The notes under the pieces are model-generated. The model did no database searches. It saw only the letters and a program-made list of their open reading frames with translations, and was not told the DNA's origin. 64,000 bases of DNA, from positions 96,001 through 160,000 of the forward strand of contig JBEBGD010000002.1 in the NCBI GenBank assembly GCA_040081625.1. Reading direction: 5' to 3'. The stretch is from Chthoniobacteraceae bacterium (GTDB lineage Bacteria > Verrucomicrobiota > Verrucomicrobiia > Chthoniobacterales > Chthoniobacteraceae). Position numbers and translations under genes: made by a program. The number at the start of each line of letters is the position of its first letter. Within the stretch, counting starts at the first letter, position 1. Shown in pieces: positions 21,229 to 30,590 of the stretch.

Positions 21229-23337
21229 ATGAACCGACTCGCTCTCCTCCCGCCCATCGAACCTCTCGAAACCCGCATCACGCCTGCCGCCGTGGCGGTC
21301 GTCGAGCTTTCCGCGCTCACGGGCGTGGATGGATTTCAGATCAATGGCGAGGCGCTCGATAGCTCCTCCCTGTTCAGCGTGAGCGGGGCGGGCGATGTGA
21401 ATGGGGACGGCTTTGGCGACATCATCATTGGCATTCGCTTTGCCGACCCGAACGGCTCCAATTCCGGGGCCAGCTACGTGGTCTTTGGCCGGGCGGGCGG
21501 CTTTGCGGCGAATCTCGAACTCTCCGCGCTCAATGGCAGCGACGGCTTTCAGATCAATGGCGAGGCGGCAGGTGACAATTCCGGGGACAGCGTGAGCGAG
21601 GCGGGTGATGTCAATGGCGACGGCTTCGATGACCTGCTCATCGGTGCTTTCGGAGCCGACCCCAACGCCTCCGGTTCCGGAGCCAGCTATGTGGTCTTTG
21701 GCCGGGGTGGCTTTGCCGCGAATCTCGAACTCTCCACGCTCGATGGCAGCAACGGCTTCCAGATCAATGGCGAGACGGCAGGTGACCGCGCCGGGCTCAG
21801 CGCGAGTGGGGCGGGCGATGTGAATGGCGACGGCTTCGACGACCTCATCATCGGTGCGCTCTTTGCCGACCCCAACGGCTCCTCTTCCGGGGCGGGCTAC
21901 GTCGTCTTTGGCAAAGCGGACGGCTTTGCGGCGACTCTCGAACTCTCCACGCTCAATGGCAGCAATGGCTTCCAGATCAATGGCGAGGCGGCTGATGACG
22001 AATCCGGGGGCAGCGTGAGTGGGGCGGGCGATGTGAATGGCGACGGCTTCGACGACCTCATCATCGGCGCACGCCTAGCGGATCCAAACGGAGCGAATTC
22101 CGGCGCGAGCTACGTCGTCTTTGGCCAAGCGGGCAGCTTTGGCGCCGTGCTCGAACTCTCCGCCCTCGATGGCAGCAATGGCTTTCAGATCAATGGCGAG
22201 GCGGCAGGCGACCTCGCCGGGCGCAAAGTGAGCAAGGCGGGCGATGTGAATGGCGACGGCTTCGACGACCTCCTCATTGCTAAATACCGAGCCACCCCCG
22301 ACGACTCCGGCACCAGCTACGTCGTCTTTGGCCGCGGCACCGCCGATGTCGTCGTCGCGGCGAACGGCAAGAGCGCGACCTTCACCGGCTGGGACGGCGA
22401 CCGCGTGACCATCAAGACCAGCCGAGGCACGCTCGACGCCGCGCAGTTCAAGCTCTCCTCGCCAAACCCGCTCACCGGCGGCGCGCACCTCATCTACGCC
22501 GATTTTTCCACCGCCACGAACGGCGGCGAGTTCACCAAGGCGAACCTCAGCTTCACCGCCAAACGCGGCCCCACCGGCGGCGACGGGCTGGTGAATGTGG
22601 GCACGATTGACGCGCGCGGCACCGACCTCGGCAAGGTGAGCGTGGACGGCGACCTCCAGCAGATCGATGGCGGCGTCACCGCGCTCACCGTCTATTCGCT
22701 GGGCCTGGCCGCCGACGCCGAGGTGAAGGGAGGGCCGCTCACGAGCGAACTCGGCACGGTCGGCGCGCTCACGGTGAAGACCACCGCCAGCCGCGTGACG
22801 CTCGCGGCGATCACATTCGGCGCGATCAAGGCGCTCAACCTCGACGGCGTGACGATCTACGCCGAGGGCTTCGCCGCGACCAAGGCCTCCGAAGCGACCG
22901 CGCTCAAGAGCCTCACCGTGGCGGGCGACGTGCGCGACAGCCAGTTCCTGCTCGGCCGCGCGTTCAGCTCCGCCGCCGTGCTGAATCCCGACGTGCGAGT
23001 CGGCGCGGTGAAAGTCGGCGGCAACTGGATCGCCAGCGACCTCATCGTGGGCGTGCGCCCCGGCGACGACGGCATCTACGCCACCGGCGACGCGAACGAA
23101 TCCGCCCCGACCACCGGCAGCGCGCTCGTCTCGCGCATCGCGAGCATCGTCATCAAAGGCGCCGTCCTCGGCACCGCCGAAGACGTGCGCGACGGCTTCG
23201 GCTTCGCCGCGCAGGAGATCGGCAGCTTCACCCTCGGCAAAGCGAAACTCCCGCTGACGAAGAAACCCGGCAACGACCTCACGCCCTTCGTCCTCGCCCT
23301 CACCGGCGACGTGCGCGTGCGCGAAGGGGCGGTGTGA
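21229..23337 (+). CDS. FG-GAP (integrin-alpha-like) repeat exoprotein
   Basis: IEPLETRITPA N-terminal motif; five GDVNGDGFDD repeats of ~71 aa. Confidence 0.85.
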   Translation: MNRLALLPPIEPLETRITPAAVAVVELSALTGVDGFQINGEALDSSSLFSVSGAGDVNGDGFGDIIIGIRFADPNGSNSGASYVVFGRAGGFAANLELSALNGSDGFQINGEAAGDNSGDSVSEAGDVNGDGFDDLLIGAFGADPNASGSGASYVVFGRGGFAANLELSTLDGSNGFQINGETAGDRAGLSASGAGDVNGDGFDDLIIGALFADPNGSSSGAGYVVFGKADGFAATLELSTLNGSNGFQINGEAADDESGGSVSGAGDVNGDGFDDLIIGARLADPNGANSGASYVVFGQAGSFGAVLELSALDGSNGFQINGEAAGDLAGRKVSKAGDVNGDGFDDLLIAKYRATPDDSGTSYVVFGRGTADVVVAANGKSATFTGWDGDRVTIKTSRGTLDAAQFKLSSPNPLTGGAHLIYADFSTATNGGEFTKANLSFTAKRGPTGGDGLVNVGTIDARGTDLGKVSVDGDLQQIDGGVTALTVYSLGLAADAEVKGGPLTSELGTVGALTVKTTASRVTLAAITFGAIKALNLDGVTIYAEGFAATKASEATALKSLTVAGDVRDSQFLLGRAFSSAAVLNPDVRVGAVKVGGNWIASDLIVGVRPGDDGIYATGDANESAPTTGSALVSRIASIVIKGAVLGTAEDVRDGFGFAAQEIGSFTLGKAKLPLTKKPGNDLTPFVLALTGDVRVREGAV

Positions 23338-23393
23338 CCGCACCTTTCGCTTTGCGCGATGAGCGCGCGGCTTCACTCTCGCGGCTTCCTTTC

Positions 23394-24647
23394 ATGAAAA
23401 ACAACTCCCTCACCCGCCGCCGCTGGCTTGGCGCTACCGCCGCCACCGCGGGCAGCCTTTTCCTGCCACGACTCCGCGCCGCGACCTCCGACATCGCGGA
23501 GACGGAACACTTCTACTACCGCGGCGCGCCCGACGGGCCATACGTGGATTCGCAGCGCGGGCACCAGGCGTTCGGCTTCGGCGGCGGGAAGATTTTTCTT
23601 TCCGAGGACAATGGGAAGTCGTGGGCCCACAGCGCGGAGTTTGCAGAGGCGGAGAAGATCACCTTCAGCGTCATCTTGAAAAATGGGAACGTCCTCTTCG
23701 CCACGAGCGCGCAGCTTTTCGTGAGCACGGACAAGCTGAAGACGCATCGCGAGATCATCGTGAAGCAGCGCGACGGCAGCGACTATCGTCCGCACACGCC
23801 GGTGAATCCCGCGCTGCCCGGCTGGTATTTCCACTCGCTCGATGGCGAGCACTGCTTCGATGTGGATGGCCGCGAGATGCTCGTGTGGGGCAACTACTGC
23901 AACGTGCTCGGCGGCGCCGTGCCGGTGAACATCTATTACTCCACCGACGGCGGGCAGACCGTGAAGATCGCGTATTCGTTCGGGCGGAATCCGAAGTGTC
24001 AGCAAAAGGGCGCCGCGCCGGATGCGCCGATGCTCGGCGACGCGACGAACCCGGTGATCTGCCGCCACGTCCACTGCGTGACCTACAGTCCGACCGAGAA
24101 CGCCTTTTACGCCTGCACCGGCGACATCAACCGCGGCGATGGCGACGAGTGCCACTGGCTGCGCGGCACCTACGACGCGAAGGCCGACGCGTGGCAGTGG
24201 AAGGTGATCGTGAGCGTGAACTCCGATTCGCGCTTCAAATGCGGCGGCATCAATTTCGTGGACGGGCGCGTCTATTGGATCGCCGATGCGAACGGTCCCA
24301 AAGTCGGTCCCGAGCACGATCGCGGCGTCTTCAGCTGCGCGCCCGCCGACATCACGGACACGTCGAAACACACGCTGCTCTTCAACCCGAAATTCGAATC
24401 CGCGAACATGCTCGTGCAGGACGGCGTGATGCTCGCGACGCATTGCGCGCCGGCCTCGACGTATATTTGCGGCATCATCTACTCGCCCGACATGGGGAAA
24501 ACGTGGGCGCAATACGACCTCAAGCGATTTGGCCCGCGCTCGGGCTGCCGCATTCATCGGAAGAACAGCGACGGCTGGTTTCGCCTCGATCTACGCAAAG
24601 GATGGATCGACCGCGCGGAGGTCATTTTCATCAAACCGAAGGCGTGA
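23394..24647 (+). CDS. Tat-exported BNR/Asp-box (sialidase-like) protein
   Basis: TRRRWL; SEDNGKSW, STDGGQT, SPDMGKTW. Confidence 0.7.
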   Translation: MKNNSLTRRRWLGATAATAGSLFLPRLRAATSDIAETEHFYYRGAPDGPYVDSQRGHQAFGFGGGKIFLSEDNGKSWAHSAEFAEAEKITFSVILKNGNVLFATSAQLFVSTDKLKTHREIIVKQRDGSDYRPHTPVNPALPGWYFHSLDGEHCFDVDGREMLVWGNYCNVLGGAVPVNIYYSTDGGQTVKIAYSFGRNPKCQQKGAAPDAPMLGDATNPVICRHVHCVTYSPTENAFYACTGDINRGDGDECHWLRGTYDAKADAWQWKVIVSVNSDSRFKCGGINFVDGRVYWIADANGPKVGPEHDRGVFSCAPADITDTSKHTLLFNPKFESANMLVQDGVMLATHCAPASTYICGIIYSPDMGKTWAQYDLKRFGPRSGCRIHRKNSDGWFRLDLRKGWIDRAEVIFIKPKA

Positions 24648-25684
24648 ATCGGGTCGCTGCGCTGCTGGCATTCGTCGGCGTCCTTTCCTGCGATCTGGCT
24701 GCGTTCGATGAGACGGTTTGTCGGGAAACAGTGCGGCGCGGTCTCGCACGGGTCACGAAAGCCGCGAGCGACTGGCAGAAGAACAAGACGTGTTTTTCCT
24801 GCCATCACCAGACGCTGCCGATGCTCGCGATGACCGAGGCCGCACGCGCGGGCTTCGCGATGGACCGTGCGTGGCTCGAATCGCAGGCGACGACGACGCA
24901 CAAGTATTTCGCCCAACGAATCGAAGACATGGACGAAGGCGAGCACGTGCCCGGCGGCGCGACCACGGTCGGATCCGGATTGCAGGCGCTCGCGGTGACT
25001 GCGCGTCCAGCGGACGCGACGACGACGGCGATGGTCGGCTATCTCCTCAAGATTCAAGGCGTGGCGCGCTTGAATGGGCGCGAGCCGTCCGACCTGTCGC
25101 GCGTGGAGAACGGCCGCTGGACGACCACGTGCCGCCGACCGCCGATGCAAGGCTCGGATGTCGCCGACACGGTGCTCGCGCTCATCGGGATGGAGAAGTT
25201 TGCGACCGCGGAGCAGCGACCGTCTCTCGCAACGGCGCGCGCCGCGGCGGAAGCGTGGCTCGCGCGGACGCCGCTGGTCACGCAGGAAGATCGAGTGTGG
25301 CGCCTGTGGGGACTGCACCATCTCGGCGGAGAACCCGCCGCGAAAGACGCCGCGCGCAAAGCCATCGCCGAAGCGCAGCGCGAGGACGGCGGCTGGTCTG
25401 CGAGTGACGGACTCGAGAGCGACGCGTTCTCGACTGGCGAGACGCTCTTTGTGCTCTGCCAGACGGGCGCACCGCGCACCGGGCCGATGATCCAGCGCGC
25501 GCGCGATTACTTGATCCGCACGCAACTCGAGGACGGCTCATGGCTCGTGAAGTCGCGCGTGAAATACAAGGCGCAGCCGTATTTCGAAAACGGCGACCCG
25601 CACGGCGAGCACCAGTTTCTCTCGACTGCCGCCACCGCGTGGGCCACCGCCGCGCTGGCGCAATTCCTCCCTCACACACCATGA
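24644..25684 (+). CDS. Second prenyltransferase/squalene-cyclase-like barrel with CxxCH
   Basis: GTGA overlap; CFSCHH; AQREDGGW, TQLEDGSW. Confidence 0.7.
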   Translation: MNRVAALLAFVGVLSCDLAAFDETVCRETVRRGLARVTKAASDWQKNKTCFSCHHQTLPMLAMTEAARAGFAMDRAWLESQATTTHKYFAQRIEDMDEGEHVPGGATTVGSGLQALAVTARPADATTTAMVGYLLKIQGVARLNGREPSDLSRVENGRWTTTCRRPPMQGSDVADTVLALIGMEKFATAEQRPSLATARAAAEAWLARTPLVTQEDRVWRLWGLHHLGGEPAAKDAARKAIAEAQREDGGWSASDGLESDAFSTGETLFVLCQTGAPRTGPMIQRARDYLIRTQLEDGSWLVKSRVKYKAQPYFENGDPHGEHQFLSTAATAWATAALAQFLPHTP

Positions 25685-26691
25685 AACATCACCACTCCCT
25701 CGTCGTCGCCGTTTGCTTCGTGCTGCTCGTTCCCCCGGCGCGGGCGCAGTCGAAGTATCCGAAGATCAACCTCGCCGCCGGGTATCAAGTCGATCCCGCG
25801 TGGCCGCAGAAACCGGCGGACATCAAGTGGCGCTACGTGACTGGCGTGACAGTGGACAAGCAGGATCGCGTCTGGATCCTGAACGCCATAGCCCCGCACG
25901 TGCAGGTCTATAGTTCCGAGGGTGCGCTGCTCGATTCCTGGGGGCATGCCGGTTTCAAGAACCCGCACTTTTTGCGCATCGACCCGGAGGGGAACCTGTG
26001 GGCTGCGGACTACGGCGCGCACGTCGTGATGAAGTTCACGCCGAAGGGCGAACTGCTGCTCACGCTCGGGACGCCGGGCGTTGCTGGCGCGGACGAGACG
26101 CATTTCAATCGCCCGACGGACATCGCGATCACGCCGAAGGGCGAGTTGTTCGTCACCGACGGCTACGGCAACAACCGCGTTGTTCACTTCGACGCGACCG
26201 GCAAGTTCATCAAAAGCTGGGGTGAACTCGGCGTGGGTGCAGGGCAGTTGAGCCAGCCGCACAGCATCGCCGTGGATTCGCGCGGGCTGATCTACGTCGC
26301 CGAGCGCAACAACTGCCGCATCCAGGTCTTCGACCAGAATGGCAAGGCGCTCGCGCAATGGCGCAATCTCATCAATCCATGGGGACTCTGGATCACGCCG
26401 AAGGATGAGATCATCGTGTGTGGCTCGTCGCCCGCGCGCTGGCTGGCGGAGCGAGGCAATCTTGGCAATCCCCCGACGAACCAGTTGCTCATCAAGTTCG
26501 ACACGACGGGGCGCGCGCTGGAGTTGTGGACCTTCCCGCTCAGCCAGCCCGGCACGCAGATCGCCGGCTCGCTCGATTGGGGCCACGGGCTCGGCGTGGA
26601 TTCCAAGGGCAACCTCTACATCGGCGATGTGGCCGACGAGAGCCTCACGCATCGCGTGCAGAAATTCCTCCGCCTGCCCGCGGAGAAATAG
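25681..26691 (+). CDS. Secreted NHL-repeat protein (alpha-amidating lyase PAL-like)
   Basis: FNRPTDIAI, DGYGNNRV, PHSIAVD, ERNNCRIQVFD. Confidence 0.8.
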   Translation: MKHHHSLVVAVCFVLLVPPARAQSKYPKINLAAGYQVDPAWPQKPADIKWRYVTGVTVDKQDRVWILNAIAPHVQVYSSEGALLDSWGHAGFKNPHFLRIDPEGNLWAADYGAHVVMKFTPKGELLLTLGTPGVAGADETHFNRPTDIAITPKGELFVTDGYGNNRVVHFDATGKFIKSWGELGVGAGQLSQPHSIAVDSRGLIYVAERNNCRIQVFDQNGKALAQWRNLINPWGLWITPKDEIIVCGSSPARWLAERGNLGNPPTNQLLIKFDTTGRALELWTFPLSQPGTQIAGSLDWGHGLGVDSKGNLYIGDVADESLTHRVQKFLRLPAEK

Positions 26692-26706
26692 GTCGAACGT
26701 CGGCCA

Positions 26707-29133
26707 ATGAAACGCGCGGCCTTCATTTTTGCAGGGGTGTCGTGGTTGTTCGCGACGCAGATGCTCGCCGCACTGCTCCCGCCGGAGAATGTCCAGGCGC
26801 CGTTTTGTTACGTCGCGGGCGGCACACGGAGCTGGCCGATCCTCACCACGCCGCTCCCTGAAAACGTGACGTGCTCCCTCGCCGCCGCACGCGACGGGAA
26901 GGAACTCGCGCGCGGCGCACGCCTGGAATTTTCCAGCCTCACCGTGTCCGTGTCGCGCGATGGTTGGTTGGAAATTCGATCACTCGCGAACGCTGCGCCG
27001 CTGGTGTTTGATCTCGAGATCAAGCTCGCTGGCAACGGGACCACGGAAACGCAGCGGCTCTCCGTGCGCGCCGCGCCGCCGCCGCGGCCCATCTCCTACA
27101 TCGCGGACTTTGGCGATGATCTGATCGACCTCTTCATGAACCGCACGACGGGCCGCTGGCGACCGATCGAGAAGGCCGCGTTCGACCAATACTTCCGCCG
27201 CCTGCAGGCACATGGCGTCGGTCGGCTCATCGTCTGGCAAAGTCCGTTTCCTTACATGGCTGACGCGAAAAACTATTCCGCTGCGGACTGGCAGCGTCAC
27301 GCGGCGCAGGCCCGCGCGATCATCGACAGCCGCGAGCTGAGCGCGATCCTGGAAAAGCGCGGCGGGATCGTGTCGTGGGGCTGGCTGCGCGCGCTGATGG
27401 CCGTCCGCTTGACGCCGCAGTTCGGCGAGACGCTCACGCGCAGCGCCCGCGAACATGGCATCGCGCTCACGGCGAGCTTTCGTCCATTCGAGACGGCGCT
27501 CGACAAATACTACGCCGTGCCCGCCTTCGACGAGAGCGGCGCGTTCCTCTGGAACTTTCATCCGCTCGCGTCGCCGGCAGTGGCGTATCACGCGGACGAG
27601 GTAGGCTTCGCGCACTACCGCACGGTGCTCGCCGGGGTGGGCCGGGCCGACGCGGGCCGCTTGCACGCGATCGAAATTCGCGATGCCGCGCCGCACGGCA
27701 CGCTGCGCGTCGTTGCGTCGCCGTTTCCTCCGCTGCAGGAGGATTCGTTCGTGCTCGTGCGCGGGAAGGATGCGCGTTTCGAGCTGCGACCGTTCCGCGA
27801 GATTCAAGCGCGAGCCGAGGCGCATCGCCGCGAACTCAAGGACGTGAAGATCGAGCACGACGCTCTAGGCACCCTGCGAATCACGGGCATCGAGGTGCCG
27901 GACGACTGCCGATACGTGATTCTGTCGAGTGCCGATGAGTCGCTCGATACGCCCGCCGAGCTGCCCGCGACGTTGTGGGCCAAAGCCGGCAACCGGCTCG
28001 ACCGCGCGAATGTTTATTGGGTGGCGCCCACCGACAAGAAGACCCGCGTGGGCGGGATCACCGCGGAGGGCGATGCGTGGGCCAACTTTTTCGCCATCGA
28101 AGCCAGTGCCGCGAGCGCGCACAGCGGCCCAGCACGGCGGAGTCTGCGTGACGAACAACTCGTCATCGACCTCGGCGATCCATGGTCCGTCGAGATGGTG
28201 GATTTCAACCAGCCCGCTGCGCGCCGCTACGTCGTCGATGAGCTGCGCTCGATCCTGAGCCATCCACCGTTTGACGAGATCTTCATCAATACCCGTTCGC
28301 ACACGTCGCTCGCCGCGACGTTGGCCGATGGCAGGGACGGCGTGAAGCCGCTCGACCACTATCGCGCGGCGAAGCAGCCCTACGTTCACCTCGGCCTCGA
28401 CCGCGCCTACGCGCCGCGCGATCAACTCCGCGACATCGCCGACGTGGAGCGCATCACCACATGGCAGCCGGGCGAATGGGACGGCACGTGCCAGTCGCCG
28501 GACTCGCCGTTCGTGTGGCGCTACGCGCGCAATCGCGGCGTGGCCGACGGCGTGCGCAAGTTGCTCGAAGATCTGGAGAAGGCGTTTCCGAAGACCCGCA
28601 TCCGCGCCGTGATCCCCGAGCGATCCGTCGCCGTTGCGAACGTGCAGGCAGCGCTCGATCAAATGCCCAAGCCGGGCGGCGGCGTTTACGGACGCGATTA
28701 CTACCGGCACATTTGGGCCTCGATCAATCACATCCCCGCCATCGGCGAAGGCATGGCGATGCTCGATCTGCGCGGCCTGCGGGTGGAGCCGGTGTTCGGC
28801 GGCATCCGCTATCTGCCAGACCGCGGGCCATTTGATCTATTCGTCCGCGAAGTCATCGCCGACATGGCCGACAACCACGGCTCATCGTTCCGCGGCCCGC
28901 GGAGTTTTTTCTACGAGGGTCACGAGACGTTGCGCGCGACGGACGCCGCCGCTGCGCGCGAAGGACGCGAGGAGTTCATCCGCCACCTGCTCGACCAGCG
29001 CGGCGAGATCAACGAGGTGATCCTTTACGAAGCAGCCTCATGGGTGGGCCTCCCGCTCAATGATCCCGACCTCAGTGGACACAGATTTCTGGATCGCCCC
29101 GGCAAGGACACGCCTGCGAAAACAACGCGATGA
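26707..29133 (+). CDS. Secreted hypothetical protein, 808 aa
   Basis: Long ORF in operon context with signal-peptide-like N-terminus; no family recognised. Confidence 0.75.
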   Translation: MKRAAFIFAGVSWLFATQMLAALLPPENVQAPFCYVAGGTRSWPILTTPLPENVTCSLAAARDGKELARGARLEFSSLTVSVSRDGWLEIRSLANAAPLVFDLEIKLAGNGTTETQRLSVRAAPPPRPISYIADFGDDLIDLFMNRTTGRWRPIEKAAFDQYFRRLQAHGVGRLIVWQSPFPYMADAKNYSAADWQRHAAQARAIIDSRELSAILEKRGGIVSWGWLRALMAVRLTPQFGETLTRSAREHGIALTASFRPFETALDKYYAVPAFDESGAFLWNFHPLASPAVAYHADEVGFAHYRTVLAGVGRADAGRLHAIEIRDAAPHGTLRVVASPFPPLQEDSFVLVRGKDARFELRPFREIQARAEAHRRELKDVKIEHDALGTLRITGIEVPDDCRYVILSSADESLDTPAELPATLWAKAGNRLDRANVYWVAPTDKKTRVGGITAEGDAWANFFAIEASAASAHSGPARRSLRDEQLVIDLGDPWSVEMVDFNQPAARRYVVDELRSILSHPPFDEIFINTRSHTSLAATLADGRDGVKPLDHYRAAKQPYVHLGLDRAYAPRDQLRDIADVERITTWQPGEWDGTCQSPDSPFVWRYARNRGVADGVRKLLEDLEKAFPKTRIRAVIPERSVAVANVQAALDQMPKPGGGVYGRDYYRHIWASINHIPAIGEGMAMLDLRGLRVEPVFGGIRYLPDRGPFDLFVREVIADMADNHGSSFRGPRSFFYEGHETLRATDAAAAREGREEFIRHLLDQRGEINEVILYEAASWVGLPLNDPDLSGHRFLDRPGKDTPAKTTR

Positions 29134-29258
29134 ACACGACTCCCCGCGTCGCCTATTTCGCGTGGATGCCCGGCATCGGTTTCGACGGTGGATCGAGACA
29201 GGAACTCGAAGCCTGCGAAGCCGCGAGCGGCCTCGCGCCCAAAGGCCGCCGGCCATGA
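29130..29258 (+). CDS. 42-aa ORF coupled by ATGA overlaps at both ends (microprotein or gene remnant)
   Basis: MNTTPRVAYFAWMPGIGFDGGSRQELEACEAASGLAPKGRRP*. Confidence 0.35.
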   Translation: MNTTPRVAYFAWMPGIGFDGGSRQELEACEAASGLAPKGRRP

Positions 29259-30556
29259 AGGCGCTCATTGTCCTCGCGCTGTCCGCCGCGACCATGCTCG
29301 CCGCCGGGGTGTCGGCCTTTCCCGGTGCGGAAGGCGCAGGCAAATGGGCGAAGGGTGGACGTGGCGGGCGCGCGATCGCGGTGACGAATCTCGACGACGA
29401 TGGGCCGGGCAGCTTGCGCGCGGCGATCGGGGCGAAGGGGCCGCGCACGATCGTGTTTCGCGTGGCGGGCACGATCGAGTTGAAGAAGCCGCTGCGCATC
29501 GCGGAGCCGTTCGTCACCATCGCGGGGCAGACGGCGCCGGGCGACGGCGTGTGTTTGAAAAACTTCGAGCTTCAAATCGGCGCGACGCACGACGTGATCG
29601 TGCGCTACCTGCGCTGCCGTCCGGGCGACAAGACCTCGAAGCCCGGCGAGATGGACGCGCTCACGCTTTGGGACGCGCGCGACGTGATCGTGGATCATTG
29701 CTCGGCCACGTGGAGCACGGATGAGTGCCTCTCGGTCACGCGCGACTCCGATCGCGTGACGGTGCAGCACTGCCTCATCGCCGAGGCGCTGACCGAGCAC
29801 GGACTTGGCTCGATCATCGGTTCGTATCGCGGCGCTATTTCATTCCTGCACAATCTCTACGCGCACAATCGCGACCGGAATCCGCGCGCCAGCGGCTACC
29901 AATCCGTGCCCGGACACGCGGACGATCCGGGGCCGCGCATCGAGTTTCGCGGCAACACGATCTTCAACTGGTCATCCGGTCCCGGCTACACGGGCAGCGG
30001 CGACCCCGGTTCGCCCGAGCGCATCGCGATGAACTACGTGGGCAATGATCTCAAGCCCGGCCCGGATACTTCGCCCGCGTATCGCGCGACGGCGTTCACG
30101 GTGCATCGCGGCGCGACGGCGGAGTTGTTCGTCGAGGGCAACAAGGTCGAAAGTCCACCGGCGCCGATCGCATTTCAATCCAACCTCGTCGTCGTCCGAC
30201 CCGGCGCGACGCTGGTGATGCGCGACACGCCACTGCCCTTCGACGTGCCTGCGGAGAAGCTCGCCGCCAAAGCCACGCTCGAGCGCGTAGGCGCGAGCAA
30301 ACCGAAGCGCGATGCCGTGGATGCGCGCATCGTCGCCGGTGTGCGCGACGGCACGGGCCGGCAGATTCACACCATCCCCGACGATGCCTGGCCACCGCTG
30401 CGCAACGGTGCGCCCGAACCCGACAGCGACGGCGACGGACTGCCCGATGCATGGGAGCGCGCGCACCACTTGAACCCCGACGACGCCACCGACGCCGCGC
30501 GTGTCGCGACGCCCGGCGGCTACACGCACCTCGAAGTATGGATGAACAGCCTGTGA
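29255..30556 (+). CDS. Pectate lyase (PL1-like)
   Basis: AFPGAEG, GGRGG, GSLR, IAGQTAPG, DHCS.TWSTDE, RNPR, DSDGDGLPDAWE. Confidence 0.88.
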   Translation: MKALIVLALSAATMLAAGVSAFPGAEGAGKWAKGGRGGRAIAVTNLDDDGPGSLRAAIGAKGPRTIVFRVAGTIELKKPLRIAEPFVTIAGQTAPGDGVCLKNFELQIGATHDVIVRYLRCRPGDKTSKPGEMDALTLWDARDVIVDHCSATWSTDECLSVTRDSDRVTVQHCLIAEALTEHGLGSIIGSYRGAISFLHNLYAHNRDRNPRASGYQSVPGHADDPGPRIEFRGNTIFNWSSGPGYTGSGDPGSPERIAMNYVGNDLKPGPDTSPAYRATAFTVHRGATAELFVEGNKVESPPAPIAFQSNLVVVRPGATLVMRDTPLPFDVPAEKLAAKATLERVGASKPKRDAVDARIVAGVRDGTGRQIHTIPDDAWPPLRNGAPEPDSDGDGLPDAWERAHHLNPDDATDAARVATPGGYTHLEVWMNSL

Positions 30557-30590
30557 AAACCCCCGCTGAGAAGAAGGGCAGCCCGTTGCA

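Noticed and set aside
29170..29225. tmRNA-like start (ggtttcgacggtggatcg)
   Set aside because: The gap is only ~120 bp, with no acceptor stem or 3' tRNA-like end.
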